A stretch of DNA of 64,000 nucleotides from Promethearchaeota archaeon (GCA_019058445.1 JAHPZA010000010.1:160001-224000); one strand, 5' to 3'. Positions 50,746-61,267 are shown, numbered from the stretch's first letter. The notes: generated from the letters alone by a model not told the origin. Made by a program: numbers and translations.

Positions 50746-51742
50746 AAAAAGTTAAATATTCTTTGGTGATTATATTATTAAGCCAGTTTTTATTGTCCAA
50801 ATACCATTGGACAGTTAATTTTAACCCTTCCCTGAAATTAACTTCTGGTTTCCAATGCAATTCTTTCCGAATTTTATTATAATTGATAGCATATCTTAGA
50901 TCGTGGCCAGGTCGATCTTTCACGAATGATATTAGCGATTCTGGTTTATTAATTATTTTTAATAGCTTTTTAATCAAATTAATATTGGAGTATTCACAAT
51001 CAGCTCCGATATTATAAATCTCTCCTTCCCTTCCTTCTATTAAGACTTTTAAAATTGCAGAGCAATGATCAGTAACATATATCCAATCCCTTACATTTAT
51101 CCCTTGCCCATATACAGGCAGTTCCTTATCTTGGAGTGCATTATTTAACATTAATGGAATTAATTTTTCAGGGAATTGGTATGGGCCATAATTGTTTGAA
51201 CAACGAGTTATGTTCACTGGGAGTTGAAATGTTTTAAAATAGGCTCTTACTAAGAGATCCCCAGATGCCTTGCTGGCAGAATAAGGACTATTAGGTTTTA
51301 ATCGATTATTCTCCTCAAATGGAGGATCATCGAGGCTTAGTGATCCATACACCTCATCTGTGGAGATTTGGATATATTTCTTTATCTTGTTTTTTCTAAC
51401 TGCATTTAATAAAGTCTGCGTTCCAATTACATTGGTTTGGACTACTACATTCGGGTTGTCAATTGACCTATCCACATGAGACTCCGCTGCGAAATTGATA
51501 ATAAATTCAATCTTTTCCTTGTTAATTATTTTGTCAACTGTCTCAAAATCATTTATATCCGCTTTGTAAAAATTGTATCTTTCAGGATAAATTTGTTCAA
51601 TATCTTTTAAGTTTTCAGGATTTCCGGCATATGTCAATTTATCTAGATTGACAACTTTAAAATCGTGATTTAGATTGAGAATGTATCTAATGAAATTGCT
51701 TCCTATAAAGCCCATTCCCCCAGTTACTAAAATTGTCTGCAT
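50720..51742 (-). CDS. rmlB: dTDP-glucose 4,6-dehydratase
   Basis: Motifs GGMGFIGSNF, DKLTYAGN, AAESHVDRS, STDEVYG, PYSASK, QFPEKLIP and DRPGHD. Confidence 0.96.
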   Translation of the reverse strand: MQTILVTGGMGFIGSNFIRYILNLNHDFKVVNLDKLTYAGNPENLKDIEQIYPERYNFYKADINDFETVDKIINKEKIEFIINFAAESHVDRSIDNPNVVVQTNVIGTQTLLNAVRKNKIKKYIQISTDEVYGSLSLDDPPFEENNRLKPNSPYSASKASGDLLVRAYFKTFQLPVNITRCSNNYGPYQFPEKLIPLMLNNALQDKELPVYGQGINVRDWIYVTDHCSAILKVLIEGREGEIYNIGADCEYSNINLIKKLLKIINKPESLISFVKDRPGHDLRYAINYNKIRKELHWKPEVNFREGLKLTVQWYLDNKNWLNNIITKEYLTFYEKQYLNR

Positions 51743-51775
51743 AAATAACCAAATTTTAAAGTTTAATTGCTTAAT

Positions 51776-52237
51776 TTAACCCATTTTTATTTCCCAATCA
51801 TATTCTATTTCATCTGTATCGTAAGGCAATCGGTATTCATCGGGATTTTCATAATTATATAGTTCTGTAGGAATATTTAATACAACTATTTTTTCTCCTC
51901 CAATTGCTTTAAAACCATGCCAGATATTATTTGGAACAGTGACTAAAAGAGGATTTTTTTCACCAAAAAAGATTTCATTAATTAGTTTATATGTTGAGGA
52001 GCTCTCTCTTCCATCATATAATACAAGTTTTGCATTACCTACTAAACATATCATATTATCTGTTTGGATCTTATGTTTATGCCAAGCTTTCACAACATTC
52101 GGAAACGCGATAGTTATATAAGCTTGACCAAATTTTTGGAAGATTGGCCAATCAGAACGCAAGCATTCTTGTAAATACCCTCGTTCATCAAGAATTGGTT
52201 TTAAATTTCTAATTTTAACACCTTCAATCAAGTCCAT
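51776..52237 (-). CDS. rmlC: dTDP-4-dehydrorhamnose 3,5-epimerase
   Basis: Cupin motifs DERG, KAWHKH, LYDGR and WHGFK; between rmlA and rmlB. Confidence 0.92.
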   Translation of the reverse strand: MDLIEGVKIRNLKPILDERGYLQECLRSDWPIFQKFGQAYITIAFPNVVKAWHKHKIQTDNMICLVGNAKLVLYDGRESSSTYKLINEIFFGEKNPLLVTVPNNIWHGFKAIGGEKIVVLNIPTELYNYENPDEYRLPYDTDEIEYDWEIKMG

Positions 52238-52274
52238 ATTATTAACCTAAAACACTTTTGATTTATAATCAATT

Positions 52275-53021
52275 TCATTTGACTTTATTAATTTTTTGCG
52301 ATTTTATAAAATTGCTTGATTTTAATAATGTATCAAATTTACCTGCATCGGACCAAAACCCCTTAATAATTACTGATTTTGTTTTTCCATTTTTAATATA
52401 ATAATTATTAACATCTGTAATTTCTAATTCATCCCGTTTAGAATAACCAATCTCCTTATTTACCTTTTTTATCACATTAAAGATATTCTCATCATAAAAA
52501 TACAATCCTGTAACAGCGTAATTCGTTTTAGGCGATTTTGGTTTTTCCTCAATTGATTTTATTGTTCCGTCCTCATTTAATTCTGCAACACCAAATCGTT
52601 CTGGATCTTCTACTTCTTTTAGAAATAAATAACATTCGAAATCAGTTGAATTTTTAAATTCATAAAGTTCAGAATCAAATGAATCTTCGAAGATATTATC
52701 TCCTAATATTACTGCTACTTTATTTCCTTCTATTATCTTTCTGGTAAGGAACAATGCTTCGGCAATTCCGCCTGCTCTTTGCTGATACACGTAATTAAAA
52801 TGTGCCTGAAATTCGCTACCATCTCCGAGTAATCTGATAAAATCTCCTACACTTTCACCTCCTAAAACAATGGTGATATCGGAAATTCCTGAATTCGTCA
52901 GAGTTCTTATCACTTTATATATCATTGGCTCATCATAAACCGGTAATAAATGCTTATTCGTGACATTTGTTAATGGTGATAGTCTTGATCCAGTTCCACC
53001 TGCCAAAATAACGCCTTTGAT
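52275..53021 (-). CDS. rmlA: Glucose-1-phosphate thymidylyltransferase, short form (start extended to ATC at 53021)
   Basis: Motifs (I)KGVILAGGTGSRL.PLT...KHLLPVYD.PM, LGDNIF, RFGVAE, EEKP, ELEITD and WSDAG. Confidence 0.93.
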   Translation of the reverse strand: MKGVILAGGTGSRLSPLTNVTNKHLLPVYDEPMIYKVIRTLTNSGISDITIVLGGESVGDFIRLLGDGSEFQAHFNYVYQQRAGGIAEALFLTRKIIEGNKVAVILGDNIFEDSFDSELYEFKNSTDFECYLFLKEVEDPERFGVAELNEDGTIKSIEEKPKSPKTNYAVTGLYFYDENIFNVIKKVNKEIGYSKRDELEITDVNNYYIKNGKTKSVIIKGFWSDAGKFDTLLKSSNFIKSQKINKVK

Positions 53022-53159
53022 ATAAATCCACCGGAAAAATTATAAAAATTGTATAAGTTAACGTACTATAATTGTACTATAATATTTTATTAGTTTTTAA
53101 TTATTATTTTTAAGAAACTTCGCTTAATACTCAATATTCTAATGATATATAATATTATG

Positions 53160-54776
53160 TTAAGAGGGAAGCTCGTATAATGCTAATGTAATATCTAACC
53201 TATAATTATACTCTTTAATTTCCTCTAAATCATATTCATCAACAATCATATCGTCTGTTTTATCTTTAGGATCTCGATAGCTTTCCCAAAAAGTAATAAT
53301 CCAAATTCGAGTAATATTATCTTTAGTGATATCTTCAAAGAATTCCTCTATTTCATCTTCATCATATATTACTTCTTCAAAATTGTCGTCTAAGTCAAAA
53401 TTATTCAAGTCACTATAATATTCCATAACATCGGAGTAGGGTCCTCCAGGATAACATAAAATAATGATATCATGGTTTTTAAATTTCTTTTTGAGTTGTT
53501 TGATACAGCCATCCCAATCTGGCTTCTGTAGATAATAAGCTCTAAATAGGGGGTAAATTGAAATATTTGTTATTAAGAAGACTGCTATAATTGAATAGAG
53601 TAATCTTTTCGATAAATGTGCTCTAATTATTGTAAGAATCTTATTATTGCTTACTATTAAATTCTTATTTGAAAATAGATGATAAAGTCCAATAGCTTCA
53701 AGGATATGTATAGGAGTCAAGACGCCAATTAAATTTTTCGCAGTAAAAGAGTTTATCACAATAAATCCAATTATGATTGTAATTCCAAATAATAATACTG
53801 GTATTACGATTATAAAGAATAATAATTCTTTAGAATTGAAAGAATCTATATCTTTATAAGTAAAAATTAGTCCAATTACAGAAATAATCGATAGAATCAT
53901 CAATGGTATATTAAGTAATAACGTTAAAACAATTATTTTGTAGACATATGGATCATTAATATTTGAGGGAACGGGTCCTAAAAATAAATTGAAAGCCCAG
54001 TAGAAGAGATATATTAAATTTAATTCCCCTCCAGCATATCCATGAGCGCCTCCCAAGAAATCTTGAACAGCATAAGGTAACCAAGGAATATAACTTGCGA
54101 CAGTAATCAGTATGGTTAAAATAACTTTTCTATATATTACTTTTTCTTTTCTATTAAAAATTAGCAATCCAATTAATAGAATACCAAAATAAATAAATCC
54201 TATATAATGGGTATATATTAGAGTTGCTCCTGTTATACTAAGATAAAGATAATTCCTAAGCTTAATTGGATCTTTTATACAAAGTATCGCAAAATAGAGA
54301 CAAATTGTAAATAATAAATGAATTAAGGAATAAGCTCGAACTTCATTTGCGTAGAAAATGGAAAAAGGAGATAAAGAATAGAGAAAGATGACAATTAATC
54401 CCAGTTTTTCATCTTTAATTTCTTTACCAATTAAATATAAAACAGGAAAAGTTAGAATACTAAATAGAACAGATAACAATCTTGTGGAGAATACTGATTT
54501 TCCAAACAGTATAATCCATCCTCTTAAGATAAGGTAATACAATGGGGGGTGAATATCTCTTATAATGACATTCCAAAAGCTATTGTTTGGAGCACTCGCA
54601 ATAGCAATACTTATAGCCTCATCTTCCCATAACTGTTCAGAAATTATATTAATTACTCTTAGGTACGTGGTAATGAATAAGAGAATTAAAAAAAGATTTT
54701 TTGAATTAAATAAATCTTTATAGTTCATTATATAACATTCGTACAATTTTGACTTATTATTATTACAACATTTCAA
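53160..54776 (-). CDS. GT39/PMT_2-like (ArnT/PMT) GT-C membrane glycosyltransferase
   Basis: Motifs LWEDEA, DIHPPLYY, RLLSVLF, YANEVRAYSL, YTHY and PDW. The true start is probably MNYKDL at about 54728. Confidence 0.85.
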   Translation of the reverse strand: MKCCNNNKSKLYECYIMNYKDLFNSKNLFLILLFITTYLRVINIISEQLWEDEAISIAIASAPNNSFWNVIIRDIHPPLYYLILRGWIILFGKSVFSTRLLSVLFSILTFPVLYLIGKEIKDEKLGLIVIFLYSLSPFSIFYANEVRAYSLIHLLFTICLYFAILCIKDPIKLRNYLYLSITGATLIYTHYIGFIYFGILLIGLLIFNRKEKVIYRKVILTILITVASYIPWLPYAVQDFLGGAHGYAGGELNLIYLFYWAFNLFLGPVPSNINDPYVYKIIVLTLLLNIPLMILSIISVIGLIFTYKDIDSFNSKELLFFIIVIPVLLFGITIIIGFIVINSFTAKNLIGVLTPIHILEAIGLYHLFSNKNLIVSNNKILTIIRAHLSKRLLYSIIAVFLITNISIYPLFRAYYLQKPDWDGCIKQLKKKFKNHDIIILCYPGGPYSDVMEYYSDLNNFDLDDNFEEVIYDEDEIEEFFEDITKDNITRIWIITFWESYRDPKDKTDDMIVDEYDLEEIKEYNYRLDITLALYELPS

Positions 54777-54961
54777 TACTTATTAAAATTAAGTTTGTCT
54801 AGAACTAATAATTAATTTTTAAGATTTATCCTTTTATTAGATCTTAATTTTAGTAAATCCAATTCACTATTGACTTAATCTGCCCATTTTAGTTTTGAGC
54901 TTAATAACAAGTATTCACAAGTTTATACTGATGGTTATATATGGGTAATGGCATTTGCTAA

Positions 54962-55183
54962 CGGATTACAACAGATAGTATACAGGATCCTTTTAAAATT
55001 TATCATCAAAAACATCATAAAAGGGGACGTGCCACGCACCCCGGAATAGAGTATAACCAATACCAAAGAGATGTAAAGCGAATATTAGATACCAGAGAAC
55101 TATTAACTTTTAATAGTGAGGATTGGGGTCTCAAAAATGAAATTTTATCAGAGGATCTCATCAATTTTGATGAGATAAATTAA
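54962..55183 (+). pseudogene. Start-less gene fragment, possibly the C-terminus of a YdjC/ChbG-like carbohydrate deacetylase
   Basis: Open frame ...RGRATHPGIEY...TRELLTFNSED...DLINFDEIN*, reminiscent of the 'HPG...R..EL..L.S...LI.F' YdjC tail; no start codon. Confidence 0.25.
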
Positions 55184-55343
55184 GTTTCCATGGTAAGTGG
55201 AGCTTTTTAATTTATCAAAATTTCAAATTACAATTAAGAAAATAACGTATTTTCATTCTTTAAATAATTACATATATTATCTCAACTTATACAAATTATT
55301 CATTATAGTTTAAGATTAATTACAATACATCTTGAGAAGTTAA

Positions 55344-56357
55344 ATGAGAATATTACATGTAGGTGTTTTTTCTGATCCAGCATCGACAAATATTCAAATG
55401 GCATTAGCTATTAAAAAAAAAAAAAATAATGTTCTATGTTTTGATTATCGATATAAGAAGAAAAAAAAGGAGTTTAATCATTTTCATAAAATATTCTTGG
55501 AGAAAATAAGCAAAATTAAATTACCTTTTTTTGAAAAAATTATTGATTTTCATAGATATTATCTCTTAGGAAATTGGAAAGTAAACAGACAATTGTACTC
55601 TGAAGTAAAGAAAAATAAATATGATGTAGTATTCTTTTCGAAAACTGACATTATAAACTATAACAAAATTTCTCAATTAAAAAAATATACGCGAACTTGG
55701 TATTATTTTATGGATCCATTAAGGAATGCGATTAATATAAAAGCTCAAAAATATGCTTTATCGAGTACTTGGAGTAGCGCTACTTTTTCTAGTGTAAGTG
55801 CTTTATTTAGAAGAGAGGGTGCGAATAGTTATCATATAACAGAAGGTTATAATCCGAACATTTTTAATCCTGGTGAAAGAAATATAAAAAAATCTGTAGA
55901 TATTATTTTTGTTGGATCTAGTAGCTCTAAACGTAAAAATTATATAAATTATTTGACAAAAAACAAAATAAATATTGAATGTTTTGGTCCTGGATGGAGA
56001 AATAAATCAATTTTTATCGATGATTTAGCAGTTGTATATAGGAGAACTAAAATTATATTAAATTTTACTAGGGATAAAGTTGGTTTTTCTGATAGAGTAT
56101 TTCACGCACTTGGATCCAGAACTTTATTAATTAGCGAATACTGCCGTGATTTGGAGAAATTTTTCAAAAAAGGTTTTCATTTAGAGTGGTTTAAGACTCC
56201 AGAAGAACTTTTAAAATTAGTCAAATTTTATCTCAAGAATGAAAATTTACGAGAAAAAATTGCTATTCAAGGGTATAATTATGTACTTAAATATTTTACT
56301 TGGGAAAAAATAATTGAGAAAATTTTCAATATTATTCAAAACAAAAAGGATAATTAA
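55344..56357 (+). CDS. CgeB/Glyco_trans_1_2-type GT-B glycosyltransferase
   Basis: Motifs DIIFVGS..KR, FGPGW, KIILNF, SDRVFHALG and REKIAIQGY..V...TW. Confidence 0.85.
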   Translation: MRILHVGVFSDPASTNIQMALAIKKKKNNVLCFDYRYKKKKKEFNHFHKIFLEKISKIKLPFFEKIIDFHRYYLLGNWKVNRQLYSEVKKNKYDVVFFSKTDIINYNKISQLKKYTRTWYYFMDPLRNAINIKAQKYALSSTWSSATFSSVSALFRREGANSYHITEGYNPNIFNPGERNIKKSVDIIFVGSSSSKRKNYINYLTKNKINIECFGPGWRNKSIFIDDLAVVYRRTKIILNFTRDKVGFSDRVFHALGSRTLLISEYCRDLEKFFKKGFHLEWFKTPEELLKLVKFYLKNENLREKIAIQGYNYVLKYFTWEKIIEKIFNIIQNKKDN

Positions 56358-56405
56358 TACAATAAGATTTAGAAAATTACTTTTAAAACTAGGACTCTTA
56401 TCAAA

Positions 56406-57674
56406 ATGGATATCGTACTCATCACGGATGATTTTTATCCTAATTTAGGCGGAGTGTCTCATACTTTAATGAATCTATATAAGATGGTTCGCAATAAAGG
56501 ACATTCTCTACATGTCTTTAATCCATATTCTAAAGGTGAAAATATATACAAAACAATTACATTTTTAGAAGATTATACATTTAGAGATTTGATTAATTCC
56601 ATACGCTCTAAACGATTTTTATCCCTTTTACTTCTTAGTTTTTGGAAAATATTCAGAGATAAGAAAATCTCTTTATCTCATAGATTAAAAATAATTATCT
56701 ATTTTATTTCAAATCCAAGAATCTTAATCTGGGTTATAGAAAATAATATTATTTTATCTCCGTACCTCAATAGAATTAATTTTGATATCTTTTTAGGCAG
56801 TAATTTGGATGTATTACCATTACTTTTTGTATTGTCCAGGAATTTTGATAAAAAAATTGTCATATTAGCACATGGCATTGACTTTCTCATACCACATTCA
56901 ATAATCTTTAAATCATTATATTTTAAGACATATTTAATAAGAAATATCGAAAAAATCATTTTAAGCAATAATATAATGAAAAAACTTATTAAAAATATTC
57001 ACCATTTAGATGAAAACAAGTTAGAAGTTATATATAGAGGAATAAATCCGAGAGAATCAGAAGTAAAAGAAACTAGAGAGGAAATAAGAAAAGAGTTTAA
57101 TATCCCAGACAATCAGTTTGTACTTTTAAGTGTTGGACGTCATATTTCACGAAAAAAATTTGATCTAGTAATAAAAGCTGTGCGAGAGATTAAAACACTG
57201 AGACCATCTTTAAATATTAAGTATTTTTTAATAGGAGAAGGGGAGCAAACCCCATTTTTGCGTCAATTAACCAAAAACTTAAATTTAGAGAAAGAAGTAG
57301 AGTTTCTTGGACCAATTAGCATTGAAAAAAGAAATAAATTCTATAAATTATCTGATATTTTTCTCATGCCTGTAAATCCAAACAGGGACGATATTGAGGG
57401 GTTTGGAATTGTATTTTTAGAAGCAAATTATTATAGAGTTCCAGTAATAGGTACAGCGACAGGAGGGATTCTTGAGGCTATCCAAAATAAAAAAACCGGT
57501 TTTTTAATAAAACCTCACGATATAAATGATTTAATTAACAAAATTTTATTTTTACATGATAATGAAAGTATCAAAAAGGAAATGGGTGAAAAAGGTTATA
57601 GTAGGGTCATTAATGAATATACCTGGGATAAAATTGTTATGGATTATATAAAAGTTTTTAAAAATGTCATTTAA
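56406..57674 (+). CDS. Glycosyltransferase family 4 (PimA/PimB-like)
   Basis: Motifs DFYPNLGGV, AHGID, SVGR..RK and DIEGFGIVFLEAN. Confidence 0.92.
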   Translation: MDIVLITDDFYPNLGGVSHTLMNLYKMVRNKGHSLHVFNPYSKGENIYKTITFLEDYTFRDLINSIRSKRFLSLLLLSFWKIFRDKKISLSHRLKIIIYFISNPRILIWVIENNIILSPYLNRINFDIFLGSNLDVLPLLFVLSRNFDKKIVILAHGIDFLIPHSIIFKSLYFKTYLIRNIEKIILSNNIMKKLIKNIHHLDENKLEVIYRGINPRESEVKETREEIRKEFNIPDNQFVLLSVGRHISRKKFDLVIKAVREIKTLRPSLNIKYFLIGEGEQTPFLRQLTKNLNLEKEVEFLGPISIEKRNKFYKLSDIFLMPVNPNRDDIEGFGIVFLEANYYRVPVIGTATGGILEAIQNKKTGFLIKPHDINDLINKILFLHDNESIKKEMGEKGYSRVINEYTWDKIVMDYIKVFKNVI

Positions 57675-57773
57675 ATCCTCATTATCATATCAGATATGAA
57701 ATGAACGCATAAAAATGCCAGCTAATATGTGTAAAATTAAAAAATTATTTTCATTATTATCATATATAAAAGG

Positions 57774-58556
57774 TTGTTCTCTATGAGAGATATATTACTA
57801 AAGTGGAAAAATCTAATTATATTTATTCGAAAAAATAAAAAGCAGATAATTAATTTATCCAGTTTTACTCAAGCTCCTTATAAATTTATTGATTATTTCA
57901 GAGATTGGAAAAAATATTCAAAAATGGAAGGAGCAGAGCGAATTGAATTAAAACATGCACAGCCCTCATTACATGACAAAACTTTAACTAGCGGTTTTGA
58001 TAAACACTATTTTTATCAAGATATTTGGGCTTATAAAAGGATTCTAGAATCAAACTGCGATTATCATGTTGATGTAGGGTCAAATGTATACTTTGTTGGA
58101 TTTTTAACTGCGATTACAAAAGTACAATTTATTGATATCCGCCCTCTAAAAGCAAATTTAGAAAATCTTAAATCAATAAAAGGATCTATTCTTTCAATGC
58201 CATATGAGGATAATTCAATTTCCTCCTTATCTTGCTTACATGTAGCTGAACATATTGGTTTAGGACGATATGGGGATCCGCTCGATCCATTAGGGACTAA
58301 AAAAGCTGCGAAGGAATTATCAAGGGTTTTGGCACCTAATGGAAACTTATATTTTTCATTACCTATTGGAAAACCTAAATTATGCTTTAATTCTCATCGA
58401 ATCCACTCTACAGAACAAATAATGAACTACTTTTCGAGCTTAGATCTTGTAGAAATCTCCGGTATCGATGATAGCGGAAATTTTATAAGAAATATTGACG
58501 GGAGCATATTAGATTCTTGTAATTATGGATGTGGATTGTTTTGGTTTACTAAATAA
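57774..58556 (+). CDS. DUF268-type SAM-dependent methyltransferase-like protein
   Basis: Motifs HYFYQDIWA, HVDVGS, DIRPL, SCLHVAEHIGLGRYGDPLDP and FNSHR. Confidence 0.8.
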   Translation: MFSMRDILLKWKNLIIFIRKNKKQIINLSSFTQAPYKFIDYFRDWKKYSKMEGAERIELKHAQPSLHDKTLTSGFDKHYFYQDIWAYKRILESNCDYHVDVGSNVYFVGFLTAITKVQFIDIRPLKANLENLKSIKGSILSMPYEDNSISSLSCLHVAEHIGLGRYGDPLDPLGTKKAAKELSRVLAPNGNLYFSLPIGKPKLCFNSHRIHSTEQIMNYFSSLDLVEISGIDDSGNFIRNIDGSILDSCNYGCGLFWFTK

Positions 58557-58572
58557 AAAATATCACATTTTA

Positions 58573-59244
58573 TTAAAGAGAATATTTCTTATGAATTCTA
58601 ATAATGTTTTTCTTTACTATAATGGTAAAGTCAGGACGCTTAGAAAAAACCATTGTTTTTAACTCATTTATAGTTGGATAATCATTTTTTCCGATAAAAA
58701 GATTTGCATCATCTATTAAAATAACATGATTAAGATTCGAAATATTTAAAATATGTTCTAATTCTTTTTTAATAGGGGTTTCTAATTCACCTTTAGCAGT
58801 TATTCCGCCTGAAAAATGGGCATCAAGCCAAAAAACACAGGGTGATATAATATCAGGTAGGATTTTAGGCAAAATCTTACTACTATCTCCTTGAAATAAA
58901 GTAATATGATTATATCTAGAAAATCTCATCTTAGCTTTTTGATAAAGTGTCTTGTCAAGTTCAATTGAGTAAATACGATTAAAGACTCTCTTAGTTGCAT
59001 TTACCATATTTCCTCCAAATGTTCCCGTTTCAATTAAAACATCAATTGAAAATATCTTCGCATATTCTTTAACAATTTTCTGTTTTAAGTATGGAGGAGT
59101 TGGTCCTTTCATACCATTTTTTGCCCACTTCCTTAAATTATTTATGTTCCAAACTCTAGTATAAATTTTTTCAATAATTATATACCTAAGGGTTTCTATT
59201 ACAGATTTTATCATAGATTTTAGAATTTTACTCATATAAATCAA
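58573..59244 (-). CDS. Putative SAM-dependent methyltransferase
   Basis: Motifs LIETGTFGG, SIELD, GDS, FWLDAH and ILIDD. Confidence 0.7.
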   Translation of the reverse strand: MIYMSKILKSMIKSVIETLRYIIIEKIYTRVWNINNLRKWAKNGMKGPTPPYLKQKIVKEYAKIFSIDVLIETGTFGGNMVNATKRVFNRIYSIELDKTLYQKAKMRFSRYNHITLFQGDSSKILPKILPDIISPCVFWLDAHFSGGITAKGELETPIKKELEHILNISNLNHVILIDDANLFIGKNDYPTINELKTMVFSKRPDFTIIVKKNIIRIHKKYSL

Positions 59245-59532
59245 AGTCCATATACTTCTTCTAATTAAATCTAATTTATTATAGTTCTCAAATTATATGG
59301 TATTGAATATACTCTAAATAAACTTTCGAAGAGATTTAAATAGCAAGTGAGAATATACTTAAAGTTTGAATGTAGTTGGTTTACTACAAGATCAGACTAA
59401 GGATTGTAAAAAAAATTTACTTAATAGAAAGGATCTGAAATTTTTTAGACTGAAGAGATATTCTATTAGGATTTTTATGATTAAGTATGAATCTATGGGG
59501 ATATATAAAAAAAACTGTTAATATAAGAAATT

Positions 59533-61089
59533 TTAAAAGTTAATGTGGTGGGGTTTTACTAATATTTTTATTGTTTTGTAATACAAATAATTAATAAAAT
59601 ATTTTATTTTGAGTGAATAAACAATTTTGGCAAAATTGTATTTAATATAACAAGTTTTTAGATACCTCATTATTTTCATAATACTATACTTATTCAAATT
59701 TAAATGGGATTTTAGCACCCGTCGATTGGGAATGGTTTTTAACCATTTTCTATTAATAAAATCTCGAATAACCCATTTATTCCCATTAGTTAATATACCA
59801 AAATTAGGAATGCTCAGATCAATATTTTCAGTCAAATATACGATTTTCTCCAACTCATTCCATTCTTTTAAATTTATATTATTTTCAGAAGATATTAATT
59901 TTATAACCATCATTATTTTTCCTTTTATTTCAATAAAATAATAATTCTTTAGATTTGGTTTATAAAAGAAGGGCCTTTTCTTCCAACATAATATTTTGAT
60001 TGATCTTTTGGTTTTTAAATCTTTTTTTGTATTAAATCCCAAATATTTTAATATGAATGCAAAATCTCTTTGATTCAAATTATCGTCAGCAAAATCTTTC
60101 ATTCTATTAATTGTATTTTTACCAACTATTCTATCAATTCCCCTGATATATTTTGTAAAATCGATAGAAACATCTTTTTTTTTTAAAAAAGTGCTAATTT
60201 CTTCAAACCTCTTTGACCATGTATGATCTTCAATTGCTCTCCGATAACCGTTTTTTGCTATTTTATCCCTTTCAATTGGATTTTCTAAATAATATAATAT
60301 TTTTTGAAATAGATCTTTTTTTTTTTTCCAACAAATAATTTCTTTATCTATTTCAAAATATTCTTCTAAACAGGGGGAATACTGCATTAATTGAAAACCT
60401 CCAGACATACTTACTTCAAATGTTCTTAAATTAACAATTCTTCTATTAGAAAATGGTACTGATTCTTTGGTAGCAAATGTAATATTGATTTTTGTCTGAT
60501 TATAAAATCTATTTATATCTTCATAACTCCAAGGCATATCTACTCCATGACCGATTGGAAATTTATAAATTAAATTGTGCTTTTCACAAAATTTTCTTAT
60601 TAAATTAAGCCAATAACCTCGTTCTCCGTAGAATTGTCCAAAAAACCCAATGTCATAAATTTTATTAATATTTTTGGGGTAAAACATATAAGGATTTGCC
60701 GCCATCCCTTTATACATAAGATTCTCTCTTTTATAATATTCCATTAAAGGTTTAGCATATTTCTCAACATACCATACTTTTGTAAAAACCGACATTTTAG
60801 CAATATAGGGTCTATTTATAGCATTTTCAGAAAACTTGATTAATGGAATATTAATCTTACGATCTTCCAACCATTCAATTATATAAGGGAAATTAGCGGG
60901 AAAATCAAAAATAAAATCAATGTCTTTGTTTTCTTTAACGCATTTTTCTAACGCATCTAAATCTATTTTTGCATTTTTATTAGATGCATCTTTATAATTT
61001 TCAGGGAGGATTAGCTCATAATGTCTTATTAACTCATCATAAATCTGCGAATACCACATCGCAATATTATTATTAAAAATGATCTTCAT
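59533..61089 (-). CDS. CgeB-type GT-B glycosyltransferase with a C-terminal HsdR-N-like extension
   Basis: Motifs YDIGFFG, YNQTKINI, NLRTFEV, RDKIAKNG and HTWSKR; the extension contains ILKYLGF...FGILTNGNKW. Confidence 0.8.
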   Translation of the reverse strand: MKIIFNNNIAMWYSQIYDELIRHYELILPENYKDASNKNAKIDLDALEKCVKENKDIDFIFDFPANFPYIIEWLEDRKINIPLIKFSENAINRPYIAKMSVFTKVWYVEKYAKPLMEYYKRENLMYKGMAANPYMFYPKNINKIYDIGFFGQFYGERGYWLNLIRKFCEKHNLIYKFPIGHGVDMPWSYEDINRFYNQTKINITFATKESVPFSNRRIVNLRTFEVSMSGGFQLMQYSPCLEEYFEIDKEIICWKKKKDLFQKILYYLENPIERDKIAKNGYRRAIEDHTWSKRFEEISTFLKKKDVSIDFTKYIRGIDRIVGKNTINRMKDFADDNLNQRDFAFILKYLGFNTKKDLKTKRSIKILCWKKRPFFYKPNLKNYYFIEIKGKIMMVIKLISSENNINLKEWNELEKIVYLTENIDLSIPNFGILTNGNKWVIRDFINRKWLKTIPNRRVLKSHLNLNKYSIMKIMRYLKTCYIKYNFAKIVYSLKIKYFINYLYYKTIKILVKPHHINF

Positions 61090-61267
61090 TTCTTAAAATA
61101 ACAATTAGTAAAAATATAAAACTTAATAATTGCAATAAAGTGGTAAAAAATTAATATTTTAAGCAAAAAGATCAATAATTATGGTTTACAAAATAATAAT
61201 ATAAAACTAATTAAAAACCTAGAATATGAAATACAAAATTAGTAATATTTACTAATTTATTTTAAAA

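Noticed and set aside
55021-55045. GC-rich patch ggggacgtgccacgcacccc as a possible hairpin, SECIS element or ncRNA
   Set aside because: The stem is short and imperfect, no in-frame UGA selenoprotein candidate was found nearby, and it lies within a probable coding remnant.
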